The notes under the pieces were generated by a model. It saw only the letters and a list, made by a program, of their open reading frames with translations. It was not told the DNA's origin and ran no database searches. From contig CAMAWJ010000001.1 in NCBI GenBank assembly GCA_945861955.1, positions 1-44,362 of the forward strand: a stretch of DNA of 44,362 bases. The letters run 5' to 3'. The DNA is from Bifidobacterium breve (GTDB taxonomy: Bacteria; Actinomycetota; Thermoleophilia; Gaiellales; F1-60-MAGs149). Both the position numbers and the translations under genes were made by a program. The stretch's first letter is position 1. Each line of letters opens with the position of its first letter. Positions 9,041-18,009 of the stretch are shown one piece after another.

Positions 9041-9741
9041 GCAGAGCAGATGGACGCGCCTTCGACGAGTTGCGCCCGACGACCATAACGCCGGGCTTTC
9101 TGAAGTCGGCTCCTTCCGCTCTGATCGAGATCGGCGCCACCCGCGTGCTGTGCACCGCCATCGTCGAGAACGGCGTGCCACCGTGGTTGCGAGGCCAGGG
9201 TCGCGGCTGGTTGACGGCCGAGTACGGCATGCTGCCGGCCTCGACGGGACAGCGCAAGCCGCGCGATGCAACCCGCGGAAAGTTGGATGGTCGCACGGTC
9301 GAGATCCAGCGTCTGATCGGACGCTCCTTGCGGGCCGTCGTCGATCTCGCCGAACTGGGCGAGAACACACTCTGGGTCGACTGTGACGTGCTGGAAGCAG
9401 ATGGTGGTACCCGCTGTGCCTCAATCACCGGCGCCTGGGTCGCGACGCATCTCGCGCTCGCCGCGATTGGCCGCACAGCAGCACTCCGCGACTCGATCGC
9501 GGCGATCAGCGTTGGCATGGTCGACGGCAACGCGGTACTCGACCTGCCCTATGAAGAAGACTCCCGCGCCGATGTCGACATGAACATCGTGATGACCGGT
9601 AGCGATGGGCTGGTCGAGGTACAGGGCACAGCCGAGGGCACACCGTTTCCTCGCGCCGACCTCAACCACCTACTCGATCTTGCAGGTGGTGGCATGAAAA
9701 CGCTGCGTGCGGTGCAGCAGGCGGCTATCGGCTCGGCGTGA
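9037..9741 (+). CDS. rph: Ribonuclease PH
   Basis: [39 protein letters not shown] matches the RNase PH N-terminus. The start is taken at ATG 9037, which forms an ATGA overlap with the aspS stop. Confidence 0.9.
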   Translation: MSRADGRAFDELRPTTITPGFLKSAPSALIEIGATRVLCTAIVENGVPPWLRGQGRGWLTAEYGMLPASTGQRKPRDATRGKLDGRTVEIQRLIGRSLRAVVDLAELGENTLWVDCDVLEADGGTRCASITGAWVATHLALAAIGRTAALRDSIAAISVGMVDGNAVLDLPYEEDSRADVDMNIVMTGSDGLVEVQGTAEGTPFPRADLNHLLDLAGGGMKTLRAVQQAAIGSA

Positions 9742-10307
9742 TCACACAGGTCCGTCTCGCGACCGGGAATGCCGGCAAGGCCGCCGAGCTTGCTCGGTTG
9801 ATGGGCTGTAACGTCGTTCCTGTGGAGGCTTGGAACCCACCGGACGAGGATGGCTCCAGCTTCCTCGCGAACGCACGCATCAAGGCTCTTGCCGGCGTTC
9901 TTCAGCATCCTGGGGAATGGGTCGTGGCCGACGACTCGGGGATTGAAGTCGATGCGCTCGACGGAGCTCCGGGAGTCCATAGCGCTCGCTTTGGCGGAGC
10001 TGACCTCGATGACGCGGGGCGCGTGACCGCGCTCCTCGCTGCTCTGGCGGAGAGCGATGAGCGCGGAGCGCGTTTTCGCTGTGTTTTGGTCGCGATCGGT
10101 CCCGACGGGCAAGAGTTCAGCGCTGACGGAACCCTTGAGGGGTCACTCGCCGTGGCAGCTCGTGGCACCAATGGCTTCGGCTACGACCCGATCTTGATCC
10201 CCAGGGGCGAGCTGCGCACCTGCGCGGAGCTCTCGGCGGACGAAAAGAACGCCATCTCCCACCGAGGCGCGGCCGCCCGCGCGCTGCGCCATCAGCTTGG
10301 CCTATGA
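9738..10307 (+). CDS. rdgB: Non-canonical purine NTP pyrophosphatase (RdgB/HAM1 family)
   Basis: Contains [39 protein letters not shown] and ISHRG. The GTG start overlaps the rph stop. Confidence 0.9.
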   Translation: MITQVRLATGNAGKAAELARLMGCNVVPVEAWNPPDEDGSSFLANARIKALAGVLQHPGEWVVADDSGIEVDALDGAPGVHSARFGGADLDDAGRVTALLAALAESDERGARFRCVLVAIGPDGQEFSADGTLEGSLAVAARGTNGFGYDPILIPRGELRTCAELSADEKNAISHRGAAARALRHQLGL

Positions 10308-11164
10308 ATCGCGTCGCCCAGGCTGGTCTGCCCGTTTCGTTCGCCGTTTCCGGCCTGCTGCTGCTCCTGACCTCCGTGATCGTCGAATCGGCGAGTGCTC
10401 TTGCCGCTGCGGCACTTATTACCACGCTGCTGCTCGCGGCAGTTGCAGACCCACCGACGCGCAGCAGGGACCCACGGCGTCGAGCGTTTGGGCGGGTGGG
10501 AGCCGCTATTGCCGCGTTGGTGCTCGGCACGATTGCCGTCATCGCCGCACTCAGTGCCGGATTTAGTCTCCCCACCGGTTGGGTCTACGTGGCTCTCAGT
10601 GGCGGCGTCGTCGCGCTCGTCTTGCTCGCACCACTGGCGGCGCTCTGGCGATCCAACCTGGAGATACCGATCCTCCGTTCCGAGCGAACGACGCTGCTAC
10701 GCGGTTCGGCCGTCGGACTGACACTCGCAGTCGGTGTCCTGATCGGCTCCTACGTGCTACCCGCCGTCGACACGTTCGTGGCAGTGGCCTTCGGTCTGAT
10801 TGCCGTCTTGGAGGGCGTTGCGCTAGCCCGCCCCGGCGGCGCTGGCCTGCGGCGCGTGCCGGCGCCGGACGAAACGCGAGCCGTGGAGGCCGCGATTGCG
10901 CACGGTCCCCCCGAGGTGATTGGCTTCCGCCGAGTCGTAGTTCGTGGCACAGGTGGAGCCGAGTACCTGTCGGTCGAGGCTCTGCTGCGCCAGAAGGTGT
11001 CGGGCGAACGGGCCGTAGGTATCCGTACGGCGTTAGAGAGCACGATCAAGTCTGCCCTTCCCAATCTGGTGGTCAGCGTCCGTCTGCGAGTGAGCGAGGA
11101 ATCCAACCTGCCGCTATCGACCCGCGCCAGCGTGCTACCGTCCGCGCCATGGAAGGCACCATGA
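10304..11164 (+). CDS. Hypothetical membrane protein resembling a degenerate cation-diffusion-facilitator (CDF) fold. The assignment is tentative
   Basis: 286 aa with about 5-6 TM helices and then a soluble tail (ETRAVEAAIAHGPPEVIGFRRVVVRGTGGAEYLSVEALL...). By eye the tail parallels the CDF C-terminal domain. The usual His/Asp metal ligands appear to be absent. ATGA overlaps occur at both ends. Confidence 0.55.
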   Translation: MNRVAQAGLPVSFAVSGLLLLLTSVIVESASALAAAALITTLLLAAVADPPTRSRDPRRRAFGRVGAAIAALVLGTIAVIAALSAGFSLPTGWVYVALSGGVVALVLLAPLAALWRSNLEIPILRSERTTLLRGSAVGLTLAVGVLIGSYVLPAVDTFVAVAFGLIAVLEGVALARPGGAGLRRVPAPDETRAVEAAIAHGPPEVIGFRRVVVRGTGGAEYLSVEALLRQKVSGERAVGIRTALESTIKSALPNLVVSVRLRVSEESNLPLSTRASVLPSAPWKAP

Positions 11165-11502
11165 CCGCAGACGCTGCACTCGCCGAACTGCTCGACGTTT
11201 CGACCCACCTGCACAGCATTTCGCTGATGGATCGCGATGGGCGCGTGCTGGCAGAGATCGGAACGGTCGGTACCGATAGTGCCGCGTTCTGGGCTGCCGC
11301 GGATGAGGCAGCACGACTGCTTGGGCGACCTCCGGTCAGCCAGTGCGAAGTCGGCTTACCGGATGCCCGCGTCTTCGGTGTTCGAGAGCAAGGACTCTCA
11401 GCGATTGCCGTCACCGCCACCGACGTCACCGCTGGGCTCGTGTTCTACGACCTTCGCGAGACGCTCCGCAACCTGAGCGGGGGTGGCGATGCGCGCGGCT
11501 AA
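11161..11502 (+). CDS. Small soluble protein, Roadblock/LC7 (MglB-like) fold suspected
   Basis: 113 aa. This is the tail of ORF 10579..11502, taken from ATG 11161, which forms an ATGA overlap with the upstream stop and has GGAAGG upstream. The pattern L..LL.V..HLHSISLMDRDGRVLA...GLVFYDLR resembles Roadblock/LC7 domains. Confidence 0.5.
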   Translation: MTADAALAELLDVSTHLHSISLMDRDGRVLAEIGTVGTDSAAFWAAADEAARLLGRPPVSQCEVGLPDARVFGVREQGLSAIAVTATDVTAGLVFYDLRETLRNLSGGGDARG

Positions 11503-11692
11503 GGCACTTGGCGCATTTGTCGCAGCCGGTGCCGCGGTGGGTGCCGTGTTGTTCCTGCGACGACGGAGCGGAAACATCGCGGTGCGGGCGGATCTTTATT
11601 TTGACGATGGCTCGATGCTGTCCCTGGATCACCAGGCTCCAGAAATCGACGGACTGATGCGGGCCGCGCGCCTGCTCGTGGGAGTGAACTGA
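11483..11692 (+). CDS. Hypothetical small single-pass membrane protein
   Basis: 69 aa with an N-terminal hydrophobic helix (ALGAFVAAGAAVGAVLFL) followed by RRR. It overlaps the upstream gene by 14-20 nt and its stop overlaps the pyrE ATG (TGATG). No homology recognised. Confidence 0.4.
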   Translation: MAMRAAKALGAFVAAGAAVGAVLFLRRRSGNIAVRADLYFDDGSMLSLDHQAPEIDGLMRAARLLVGVN

Positions 11693-12219
11693 TGCAGGAT
11701 CTAGCCGACCGGATTCGTGCCGTTGCGTACCTTGAGGGCGATTTCGTCCTGCGCTCCGGTCGGCGCAGTTCGTTTTACCTCGACAAGTACCGCTTCGAGA
11801 CTCAGCCCGCATTGCTGCGCGAGATTGGCGATCTGCTCGCCCAACGAATTGCGGAAGTCGAGCCGACGGCCCAGCGGATTGCGGGTCCCGAGCTCGGCGC
11901 CGTCGCGCTCGCCGCCGCCGCCAGCATGGCTGCCAACCTGCCGTTTCTGATCGTGCGACGCGAGGCAAAGGACTACGGAACCTCGAACCGCCTCGAGGGC
12001 ATCTGCGAGGAGGGCGAACGGGTGGTCGTGGTCGAGGACGTCGTCACTTCCGGTGGTGCGGCACTCGACGCGGTCCGTGCGTTGCGTCAGGCTGGGCTCA
12101 GCTGCGACACGGTCATCTGCGTGGTTGACCGCGGTGAGGGCGGCGCTGAGGCGATGGCCGAGATGGGTGTGCGACTCGAGCGACTGCTCGACGCCGACGC
12201 GCTCCGCCTCGGTCGCTAG
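11692..12219 (+). CDS. pyrE: Orotate phosphoribosyltransferase
   Basis: 175 aa. Contains GDFVLRSGRRSSFYLDKY and the PRPP loop VVVVEDVVTSGGA. Confidence 0.9.
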   Translation: MQDLADRIRAVAYLEGDFVLRSGRRSSFYLDKYRFETQPALLREIGDLLAQRIAEVEPTAQRIAGPELGAVALAAAASMAANLPFLIVRREAKDYGTSNRLEGICEEGERVVVVEDVVTSGGAALDAVRALRQAGLSCDTVICVVDRGEGGAEAMAEMGVRLERLLDADALRLGR

Positions 12220-12492
12220 AGCGAAAAATCGTTTCCGCGTAGCAGAGCCGAAAGAACTGCTTGCGCGCGCCTAAGGGGAGACTGCATAGACACCCCGTAT
12301 CGGCCATTTTCATCGTAAACAAGCCATTTCTGCGTGCGGAACCAGATGCCCACCGACGACGTTACGCTTCGTGTCGAGCTCACTCTCTCAGCCGTGGGGA
12401 CGACCAAGCGGCGCGATCCCGCATCGTTGAGCGAAAGTCCGTCCGATCGGGGTGATACGTTCCGCTCGTTCACCAACGTCTTGGAGGTCACT

Positions 12493-12771
12493 ATGACGAA
12501 AGCAGAGTTCATCGATCAGATCGCAGAGCAGACGGGTCTCAGCAAGAAGGACGCTGGCGCCGCTGTTGACGCGATGCTCGGGACCATCACCAACACGCTC
12601 CGGCGGGGCGGCGATGTGGTCTTCACCGGCTTCGGAAAGTTCACCGTTCAGGCACGAGCAGCGCGCATGGGCGTGAACCCCCGCACCGGCGAGAAGGTTC
12701 AGATCGCAGCTACGAAGGTACCGAAGTTCTCGGCCGGTTCGCAGCTGAAGGCAAGTGTCAAGGGCGGCTGA
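12493..12771 (+). CDS. hup: HU-family nucleoid-associated DNA-binding protein (short form, no Lys/Ala-rich tail)
   Basis: MTKAEFIDQIAEQTGLSKKDAGAAVDAM...GFGKF...RAARMGVNPRTGEKVQIAATKVPKFSAG. The ATG at 12493 has GGAGG 5 nt upstream. The in-frame upstream 53 codons of ORF 12334.. are not HU-like. Confidence 0.9.
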   Translation: MTKAEFIDQIAEQTGLSKKDAGAAVDAMLGTITNTLRRGGDVVFTGFGKFTVQARAARMGVNPRTGEKVQIAATKVPKFSAGSQLKASVKGG

Positions 12772-12811
12772 TGCCGCTAACACCGCGGTCAGCCGCGGCT
12801 GGCTAGGCTAT

Positions 12812-12844
12812 GTGGCCGTTCCTCTCTCCGAGAGGGGCGGCCAC
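12812..12844 (+). terminator. Stem-loop after hup (14-bp stem including two G-U pairs, 5-nt loop)
   Basis: GTGGCCGTTCCTCT-ctccg-AGAGGGGCGGCCAC followed by AGTGCTTTG. The U-tract is weak, so intrinsic terminator activity is uncertain. Confidence 0.4.
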
Positions 12845-12868
12845 AGTGCTTTGCGGGGAGGGACTTCC

Positions 12869-13762
12869 ATGAGACAGGCATTCGGCGAACGACTCGCCGC
12901 CCAGGTAGCCAGCACGGGAAGTTCACTCTGTGTGGGGATTGACCCCCGGGGTCCGTTCCCGAGCGAGTTGACCCGCGGACTCGCCGACTCTCGCTCCGGC
13001 CAGGGACGTGCTGTCGAGCGCTACTCCGTGGCATTGGTCGAAGCCGTCGCGCCCTACTGCGTGGCGATCAAGCCACAAGTCGCACTATTCGAGCTGTACG
13101 GCGGTTATGGACTCAGCGCTCTCGACGCGGTCTGTGCCGCGGCCCGCGAGCACGGGTTGCTGGTGATTGCCGACGCGAAGCGAGGCGACATCGCGAGTAC
13201 GGCCACCGCATATGCCGAGGCTTGGATTGGTCTCCGCCCGGGCGAGACCGAGCCGCTCGCCGATGCTGTCACGATCAACGCCTACATGGGCCCCGACACC
13301 GTCGAACCCTTTCTCACCGTCGCCGATCGGATGGGTGCCGGCCTGTTCGTCTTGGCCCGTACGTCCAACCCGGGCGCCGCCGAACTCGAGGAGCAAGAGC
13401 TCGCGAGTGGGGGGCAGGTCTGGGAACGCGTCGCAGATTGGATCGCAACCTGGGGCGCCGAGCGTACGGGTGCCAGCGGCATTGCGTCTGTGGGAGCGGT
13501 GATCGGTGCGACAGCACCCGCCGTGGTGCGGGCGGCACGCGATCGGATGCCAACCGCTCCGTTGTTGCTACCGGGCGTTGGAGCCCAAGGTGGTCGCATC
13601 GAAGACCTCGCGCCCGCATTTGAGAATGGTCCGGCCGGCGGGCTCGTCGTCGCCGCCCGTTCCGTGATCGAAGCCTGGCGCGAGACCGACCGCCCATGGC
13701 AAAGCGCTGTGGCCGAATCCGCGCGCACTCATCACCAAGCCATCACCATTATCACTCGCTAA
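12869..13762 (+). CDS. pyrF: Orotidine 5'-phosphate decarboxylase (type 2, long form)
   Basis: Contains SLCVGIDP, IKPQVALFE and IADAKRGDIAST. The ATG at 12869 is preceded by GGGGAGGGA. The upstream part of ORF 12755.. contains the hup stem-loop. Confidence 0.9.
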   Translation: MRQAFGERLAAQVASTGSSLCVGIDPRGPFPSELTRGLADSRSGQGRAVERYSVALVEAVAPYCVAIKPQVALFELYGGYGLSALDAVCAAAREHGLLVIADAKRGDIASTATAYAEAWIGLRPGETEPLADAVTINAYMGPDTVEPFLTVADRMGAGLFVLARTSNPGAAELEEQELASGGQVWERVADWIATWGAERTGASGIASVGAVIGATAPAVVRAARDRMPTAPLLLPGVGAQGGRIEDLAPAFENGPAGGLVVAARSVIEAWRETDRPWQSAVAESARTHHQAITIITR

Positions 13763-13783
13763 CCGCCACACCTCAGCGGTACG

Positions 13784-14110
13784 ATGGAGGCCATGGCAGA
13801 ACAGCGCCGTTTCTCAATCTGGACGATCCTCGCACCGCTTGGGCTGATCGCGGTCTTTGTCGTGGCGCTGGTGCTGGTGCGGGGTGCACTCGAGCCACCG
13901 TCGCCCGCTGCGCCAGAACCGACCGTCACCGCGACGGCGCCGATGCTCACCGTGGATGCGTCCGTGCCGGCCTTCTACAGCATTCGCAAGGGCGACACAC
14001 TCTCGGCAATCGCCGAGCGCTACGGGGTCACGACCGACTACATCGTCCAGCTCAATCCCAATCTCAACCCAATGGCGCTGGCCGTCCACGCCAAACTCCG
14101 ACTCCGGTAG
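13784..14110 (+). CDS. Small membrane-anchored LysM domain protein
   Basis: 108 aa with an N-terminal TM helix (WTILAPLGLIAVFVVALVLV) and a Pro-rich linker. The C-terminal LysM reads YSIRKGDTLSAIAERYGVTTDYIVQLNPNL. Confidence 0.75.
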   Translation: MEAMAEQRRFSIWTILAPLGLIAVFVVALVLVRGALEPPSPAAPEPTVTATAPMLTVDASVPAFYSIRKGDTLSAIAERYGVTTDYIVQLNPNLNPMALAVHAKLRLR

Positions 14111-14137
14111 CGCGAAACCACTACGCTCCCACCCTGC

Positions 14138-15085
14138 ATGATTATTACTGTCACACCCAACGCCGCGCTCGACAAGACAATCCAGGTTCCCAGCATGCAA
14201 CTCGGCATGCGGCACCGCGGTGCCCAAGGCTTGGTCGCGCCGGGTGGTAAGGGCATCAACGTGGCCCGTGCGCTCCACATTCTCCAAGAGCCGGTGATCG
14301 CGACAGGCCTCGTCGGTGGCGAGACCGGATCGCGCATCCTGCGCGAGCTAGCGGGCGAAGGCATTCTGAGCGATTTTGTTTCGATCGCCGGTGAATCCCG
14401 CAGCTCGACGGTGCTGATCGACCCGACGAGTGGTCGCCAGACGGAGATCATCGAGAATGGCCCGAGCGTCACGGTGCAAGAGCTCGACGCTCTGCTCGAC
14501 CGCCTCGAGTACGTGTCACGCGATGCCTACGCCGTCGTGCTGGCGGGCTCGCTGCCTCGCGACGTCTCTGAAGATTGGTATGGCGATGCCATCAAGCGCC
14601 TGCGTAAGAGCGGGACGCATCTGATCCTCGACTCCGAAGGCGAGCCGTTGCGACAGGGCGTCGGTGCCGAGCCGTACCTGGTTGCCCCAAACCAGCGTGA
14701 GGCCGAGGATCTGGTGGGTCACGAGTTCGGAGGCGAGGGCGATGTGATCGGGGCGCTCGACGAGATCGCGGACATGGGAGTGCGTAACGTGCTCATCACC
14801 ACCGAGACGGGAGTCGCTGCCTTGCTCCGCGAGGGAGGGCAGACGCGCCGCTTCCAGGTGCAGGCGCCACGGGTGGAGGTACTTAGCACGGTCGGATCCG
14901 GCGACGTGCTCTTGGCTGGCTATCTGAGCTCGCGGATGCGGGGCGGTACTGCCGAAGACGGGCTCGCCTACGGCGTTGCCTGCGGCACGGCCAGCACTTT
15001 GGTGGCAGGCGCAGCGCGCTTCGATCTACGGGAAGTTAAGCGGCAGCTCGCCAACACGACTCTCCGCGAACTGTCACTGCGCTAA
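14138..15085 (+). CDS. pfkB: PfkB-family sugar kinase (1-phosphofructokinase / tagatose-6-P kinase type)
   Basis: MIITVTPNAALDKT..., GGKGINVA and the C-terminal GSGDVLLAGY...G.ASTL are typical of the 1-PFK subfamily. Confidence 0.85.
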   Translation: MIITVTPNAALDKTIQVPSMQLGMRHRGAQGLVAPGGKGINVARALHILQEPVIATGLVGGETGSRILRELAGEGILSDFVSIAGESRSSTVLIDPTSGRQTEIIENGPSVTVQELDALLDRLEYVSRDAYAVVLAGSLPRDVSEDWYGDAIKRLRKSGTHLILDSEGEPLRQGVGAEPYLVAPNQREAEDLVGHEFGGEGDVIGALDEIADMGVRNVLITTETGVAALLREGGQTRRFQVQAPRVEVLSTVGSGDVLLAGYLSSRMRGGTAEDGLAYGVACGTASTLVAGAARFDLREVKRQLANTTLRELSLR

Positions 15086-15259
15086 GCGCTCGACCAAGCA
15101 CTCACGTACGCACTCGAGGTCGCTATAGACCTGACAGGTGGATCAGGCGTGTAGCCCCGCCGTCCGAAGCCGCGACTAGTGTCTCAAGCAGGCAGCCCCT
15201 ACTCAGCGCGATCGTGACGCCCGTAGGGCCCACGACGCCGAAAGGACACGATCAACGCG

Positions 15260-16420
15260 GTGGAGATCGAAATCGGACGAGGAAAAAAGGCGCGACGGGC
15301 CTACGGCTTTGACGACATTGCCATCGTGCCGTCGCGGCGCACACGTGACGCTGAGGACGTGGATATCGGTTGGAAGCTCGGTCCCTATCTGATCGAGTTG
15401 CCGCTGTTGGCATCGGCAATGGACGGCGTCGTCTCGCCGGCCACGGCGATTGAGATTGGCAAACTCGGAGGCTTAGCCGTCCTCAACCTCGAGGGCCTCT
15501 GGGGTCGCTACGCCGACGCCGACTCCATGCTGGAAGAGATCGCCACGCTACCGCCCGAAACGGCGACGAAGCGCATGCAAGAGATCTACGAGCAGCCGCT
15601 CGACCTCGATCTGATGGCGCAGCGCGTCAAGGAAGTCAAAGCCGCCGGTGTCATCACTGCCGCCTCGCTGACACCCCAGCGCGTCCGTGATCACTGGGAG
15701 GCAATCGTCGCCGCTGGACTCGATGTGCTGGTCATCCAGGGCACCGTCGTCTCGGCCGAGCATGTCTCGCGCAGCGTCGAACCGCTCAACCTCAAAGAGT
15801 TTATTGCCAACGTTGGCATTCCCTGCGTGGTGGGCGGCTGTGCCAGCTACCAGACCGCGCTGCATCTGATGCGCACCGGTGCTGCCGGGGTCCTCGTCGG
15901 CGTCGGTCCAGGCGCTGCCTGCACGACGCGCGGCGTGCTCGGCGTGGGTGTCCCACAGGCAACCGCCATCGCAGATGCTGCTGCGGCGCGCGTCCAGCAT
16001 GTGCTCGAGACGGGCCAGTACGTCAACGTGATCGCCGATGGCGGCATGCGCACGGGCGGCGACATTGCCAAGGCGATTGCCTGTGGTGCCGACGCCGTGA
16101 TGATTGGATCCCCGCTCGCCCGCGCGTACGAGGCACCCGGCCGCGGCACGCACTGGGGCATGGCGACGTTCCATCCAACTCTGCCCCGCGGCGCACGTGT
16201 GCGCACCACCCAGGTCGCCACGCTCGAGCAGGTTCTGCTCGGGCCGGCAAACGAGAACGACGGCACGCTCAATCTGATGGGCGCCCTGCGGACCTCGATG
16301 GCTACGACCGGATACGAAACGATCCACGAGTTCCAGAAAGCAGAGATCATGGTGGCGCCGTCGTTGCAGACCGAAGGTAAGAAGTTGCAGCGCGAGCAGG
16401 GCATCGGAATGTCGCGCTAA
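15260..16420 (+). CDS. guaB3: GuaB3-type IMP dehydrogenase-related protein (no CBS insert)
   Basis: 386 aa. Contains [38 protein letters not shown] and [18 protein letters not shown] start with AAAGGA upstream. Confidence 0.85.
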   Translation: MEIEIGRGKKARRAYGFDDIAIVPSRRTRDAEDVDIGWKLGPYLIELPLLASAMDGVVSPATAIEIGKLGGLAVLNLEGLWGRYADADSMLEEIATLPPETATKRMQEIYEQPLDLDLMAQRVKEVKAAGVITAASLTPQRVRDHWEAIVAAGLDVLVIQGTVVSAEHVSRSVEPLNLKEFIANVGIPCVVGGCASYQTALHLMRTGAAGVLVGVGPGAACTTRGVLGVGVPQATAIADAAAARVQHVLETGQYVNVIADGGMRTGGDIAKAIACGADAVMIGSPLARAYEAPGRGTHWGMATFHPTLPRGARVRTTQVATLEQVLLGPANENDGTLNLMGALRTSMATTGYETIHEFQKAEIMVAPSLQTEGKKLQREQGIGMSR

Positions 16421-16426
16421 CCACCG

Positions 16427-17962
16427 ATGTCCTCCGACCGACCGATCATCGTCCTCGACTTCGGGGCACAATACGCCCAATTGATTGCGCGCCGCATTCG
16501 CGAGCGACGGGTCTTGTCCGAGCTCGTCCCACACGACATGCCCGTGGCCGAGATTGCCGCCCGTAACCCTGTCGGCATCGTGCTGTCGGGCGGTCCGGCC
16601 AGCGTCAACGAACCCGGCGCCCCAAGCGTGGATCCTGCAATCTTCGAGTTGGGCATTCCCGTGCTCGGAATTTGTTACGGCATGCAGGCGATGGCTCAGG
16701 CACTTGGCGGCGAGGTCGGGGGCAGTGGTGCTGGTGAGTTCGGCAAGACCGAACTGGAAGTACAGACCGATGCAGCGCTCTTCAAGGGCATCCCGCCTGC
16801 ACACTCGTGCTGGATGAGCCACAACGACTCGGTGATCACCTTGCCGGCCGGTTTTCGCGCCACTGCCAGTACACCTGGTGCGCCGATTGCCGCCATGGAA
16901 GACGTCGAGCGCAAGCTTCACGCTGTCCAATTCCACCCCGAGGTAGTCCACACTCCCGCGGGTACCGACATGCTCGAGCGCTTCGCCTACGACGTCTGTG
17001 GTCAAGACGGTACGTGGACTGCGCAGCACGTGATTGACGAGCAGATCGCGCGGATTCGCGCTCAGGTTGGCGATCAGAAAGTCCTCTGTGGTTTGTCCGG
17101 TGGTGTCGACTCTGCCGTCGCTGCGCTGCTCGTCCACCGAGCCGTGGGCGACCAACTCACCTGCGTCTTCGTCGATCATGGGATGTTGAGAGAAGGCGAG
17201 GCCGAGCAAGTCGTCGAGACGTTTGGCTCGCACTACAAGGTGCCGCTCGTGCACGTCCAAGCACAGCGCCGCTTCCTCGATCTGCTGGCGGGTGTGACTG
17301 ATCCCGAGCAGAAGCGCAAGATCATTGGCGAGACGTTTATTCGGGTGTTCGAGGACGAGTCAAAGCGTCTCGAGGGCGTCAAGTTTCTGGTCCAAGGCAC
17401 GCTCTACTCGGACGTCATCGAGTCGGGTTCGAAGACCGCCGCGAAGATCAAATCGCACCACAACGTCGGCGGACTCCCTGACGACATGGATCTCGAGCTC
17501 TGCGAGCCCCTCCGGCTGTTGTTCAAGGACGAGGTGCGCCAAGTTGGCATCGAGCTCGGAATGCCCGAGCGGATGGTCTGGCGCCAGCCGTTCCCGGGCC
17601 CCGGCCTCGCGATCCGCATCATTGGCGAGGTCACCGAGGAACGCCTCTCAATCCTGCGGCATGCCGATGCTGTCCTGCAGGAAGAGATCCGCGCCGCCGA
17701 CTGGTACCGACAGCTCTGGCAGAGCTTCGCCGTCTTGCCTGCGATCAAGAGCGTGGGGGTGATGGGCGATGCCCGCACCTACGACTACCCAATCATCATT
17801 CGCGCAGTCACCAGCGAGGACGCGATGACCGCCGACTGGGCGCGTTTGCCATACGACCTCTTGGAGCGGATCTCGACGCGCATCATCAATGAGGTAGATG
17901 GAGTCAATCGGGTCGCGCTCGACATTTCGTCGAAGCCTCCCGGCACGATCGAGTGGGAATAG
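16427..17962 (+). CDS. guaA: GMP synthase (glutamine-hydrolysing)
   Basis: 511 aa with a GATase domain (ICYGMQ, FHPEV), an ATP-PPase P-loop (GLSGGVDS) and the C-terminal PPGTIEWE. Confidence 0.95.
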   Translation: MSSDRPIIVLDFGAQYAQLIARRIRERRVLSELVPHDMPVAEIAARNPVGIVLSGGPASVNEPGAPSVDPAIFELGIPVLGICYGMQAMAQALGGEVGGSGAGEFGKTELEVQTDAALFKGIPPAHSCWMSHNDSVITLPAGFRATASTPGAPIAAMEDVERKLHAVQFHPEVVHTPAGTDMLERFAYDVCGQDGTWTAQHVIDEQIARIRAQVGDQKVLCGLSGGVDSAVAALLVHRAVGDQLTCVFVDHGMLREGEAEQVVETFGSHYKVPLVHVQAQRRFLDLLAGVTDPEQKRKIIGETFIRVFEDESKRLEGVKFLVQGTLYSDVIESGSKTAAKIKSHHNVGGLPDDMDLELCEPLRLLFKDEVRQVGIELGMPERMVWRQPFPGPGLAIRIIGEVTEERLSILRHADAVLQEEIRAADWYRQLWQSFAVLPAIKSVGVMGDARTYDYPIIIRAVTSEDAMTADWARLPYDLLERISTRIINEVDGVNRVALDISSKPPGTIEWE

Positions 17963-18009
17963 CAACCCGGCTCCCAGGCGCGACTCGGCCCCTGCGATAT
18001 CGTTAGGAC

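Noticed and set aside
8723-9530. 233-aa and 191-aa minus-strand ORFs
   Set aside because: They are antisense to the aspS 3' end and to rph. Both are Arg/Pro/Ser-rich shadow ORFs.
12334-12492. In-frame 53-codon N-terminal extension of HU
   Set aside because: The HU fold starts at MTKAEF, whose ATG has a GGAGG at ideal spacing. The extension has no HU similarity and lower GC, so it is treated as 5' UTR.
15548-17260. 570-aa ORF on the minus strand
   Set aside because: It is antisense to guaB3 and guaA, both of which have unambiguous motifs. Its Arg/Gly/His-rich composition is typical of a shadow ORF.
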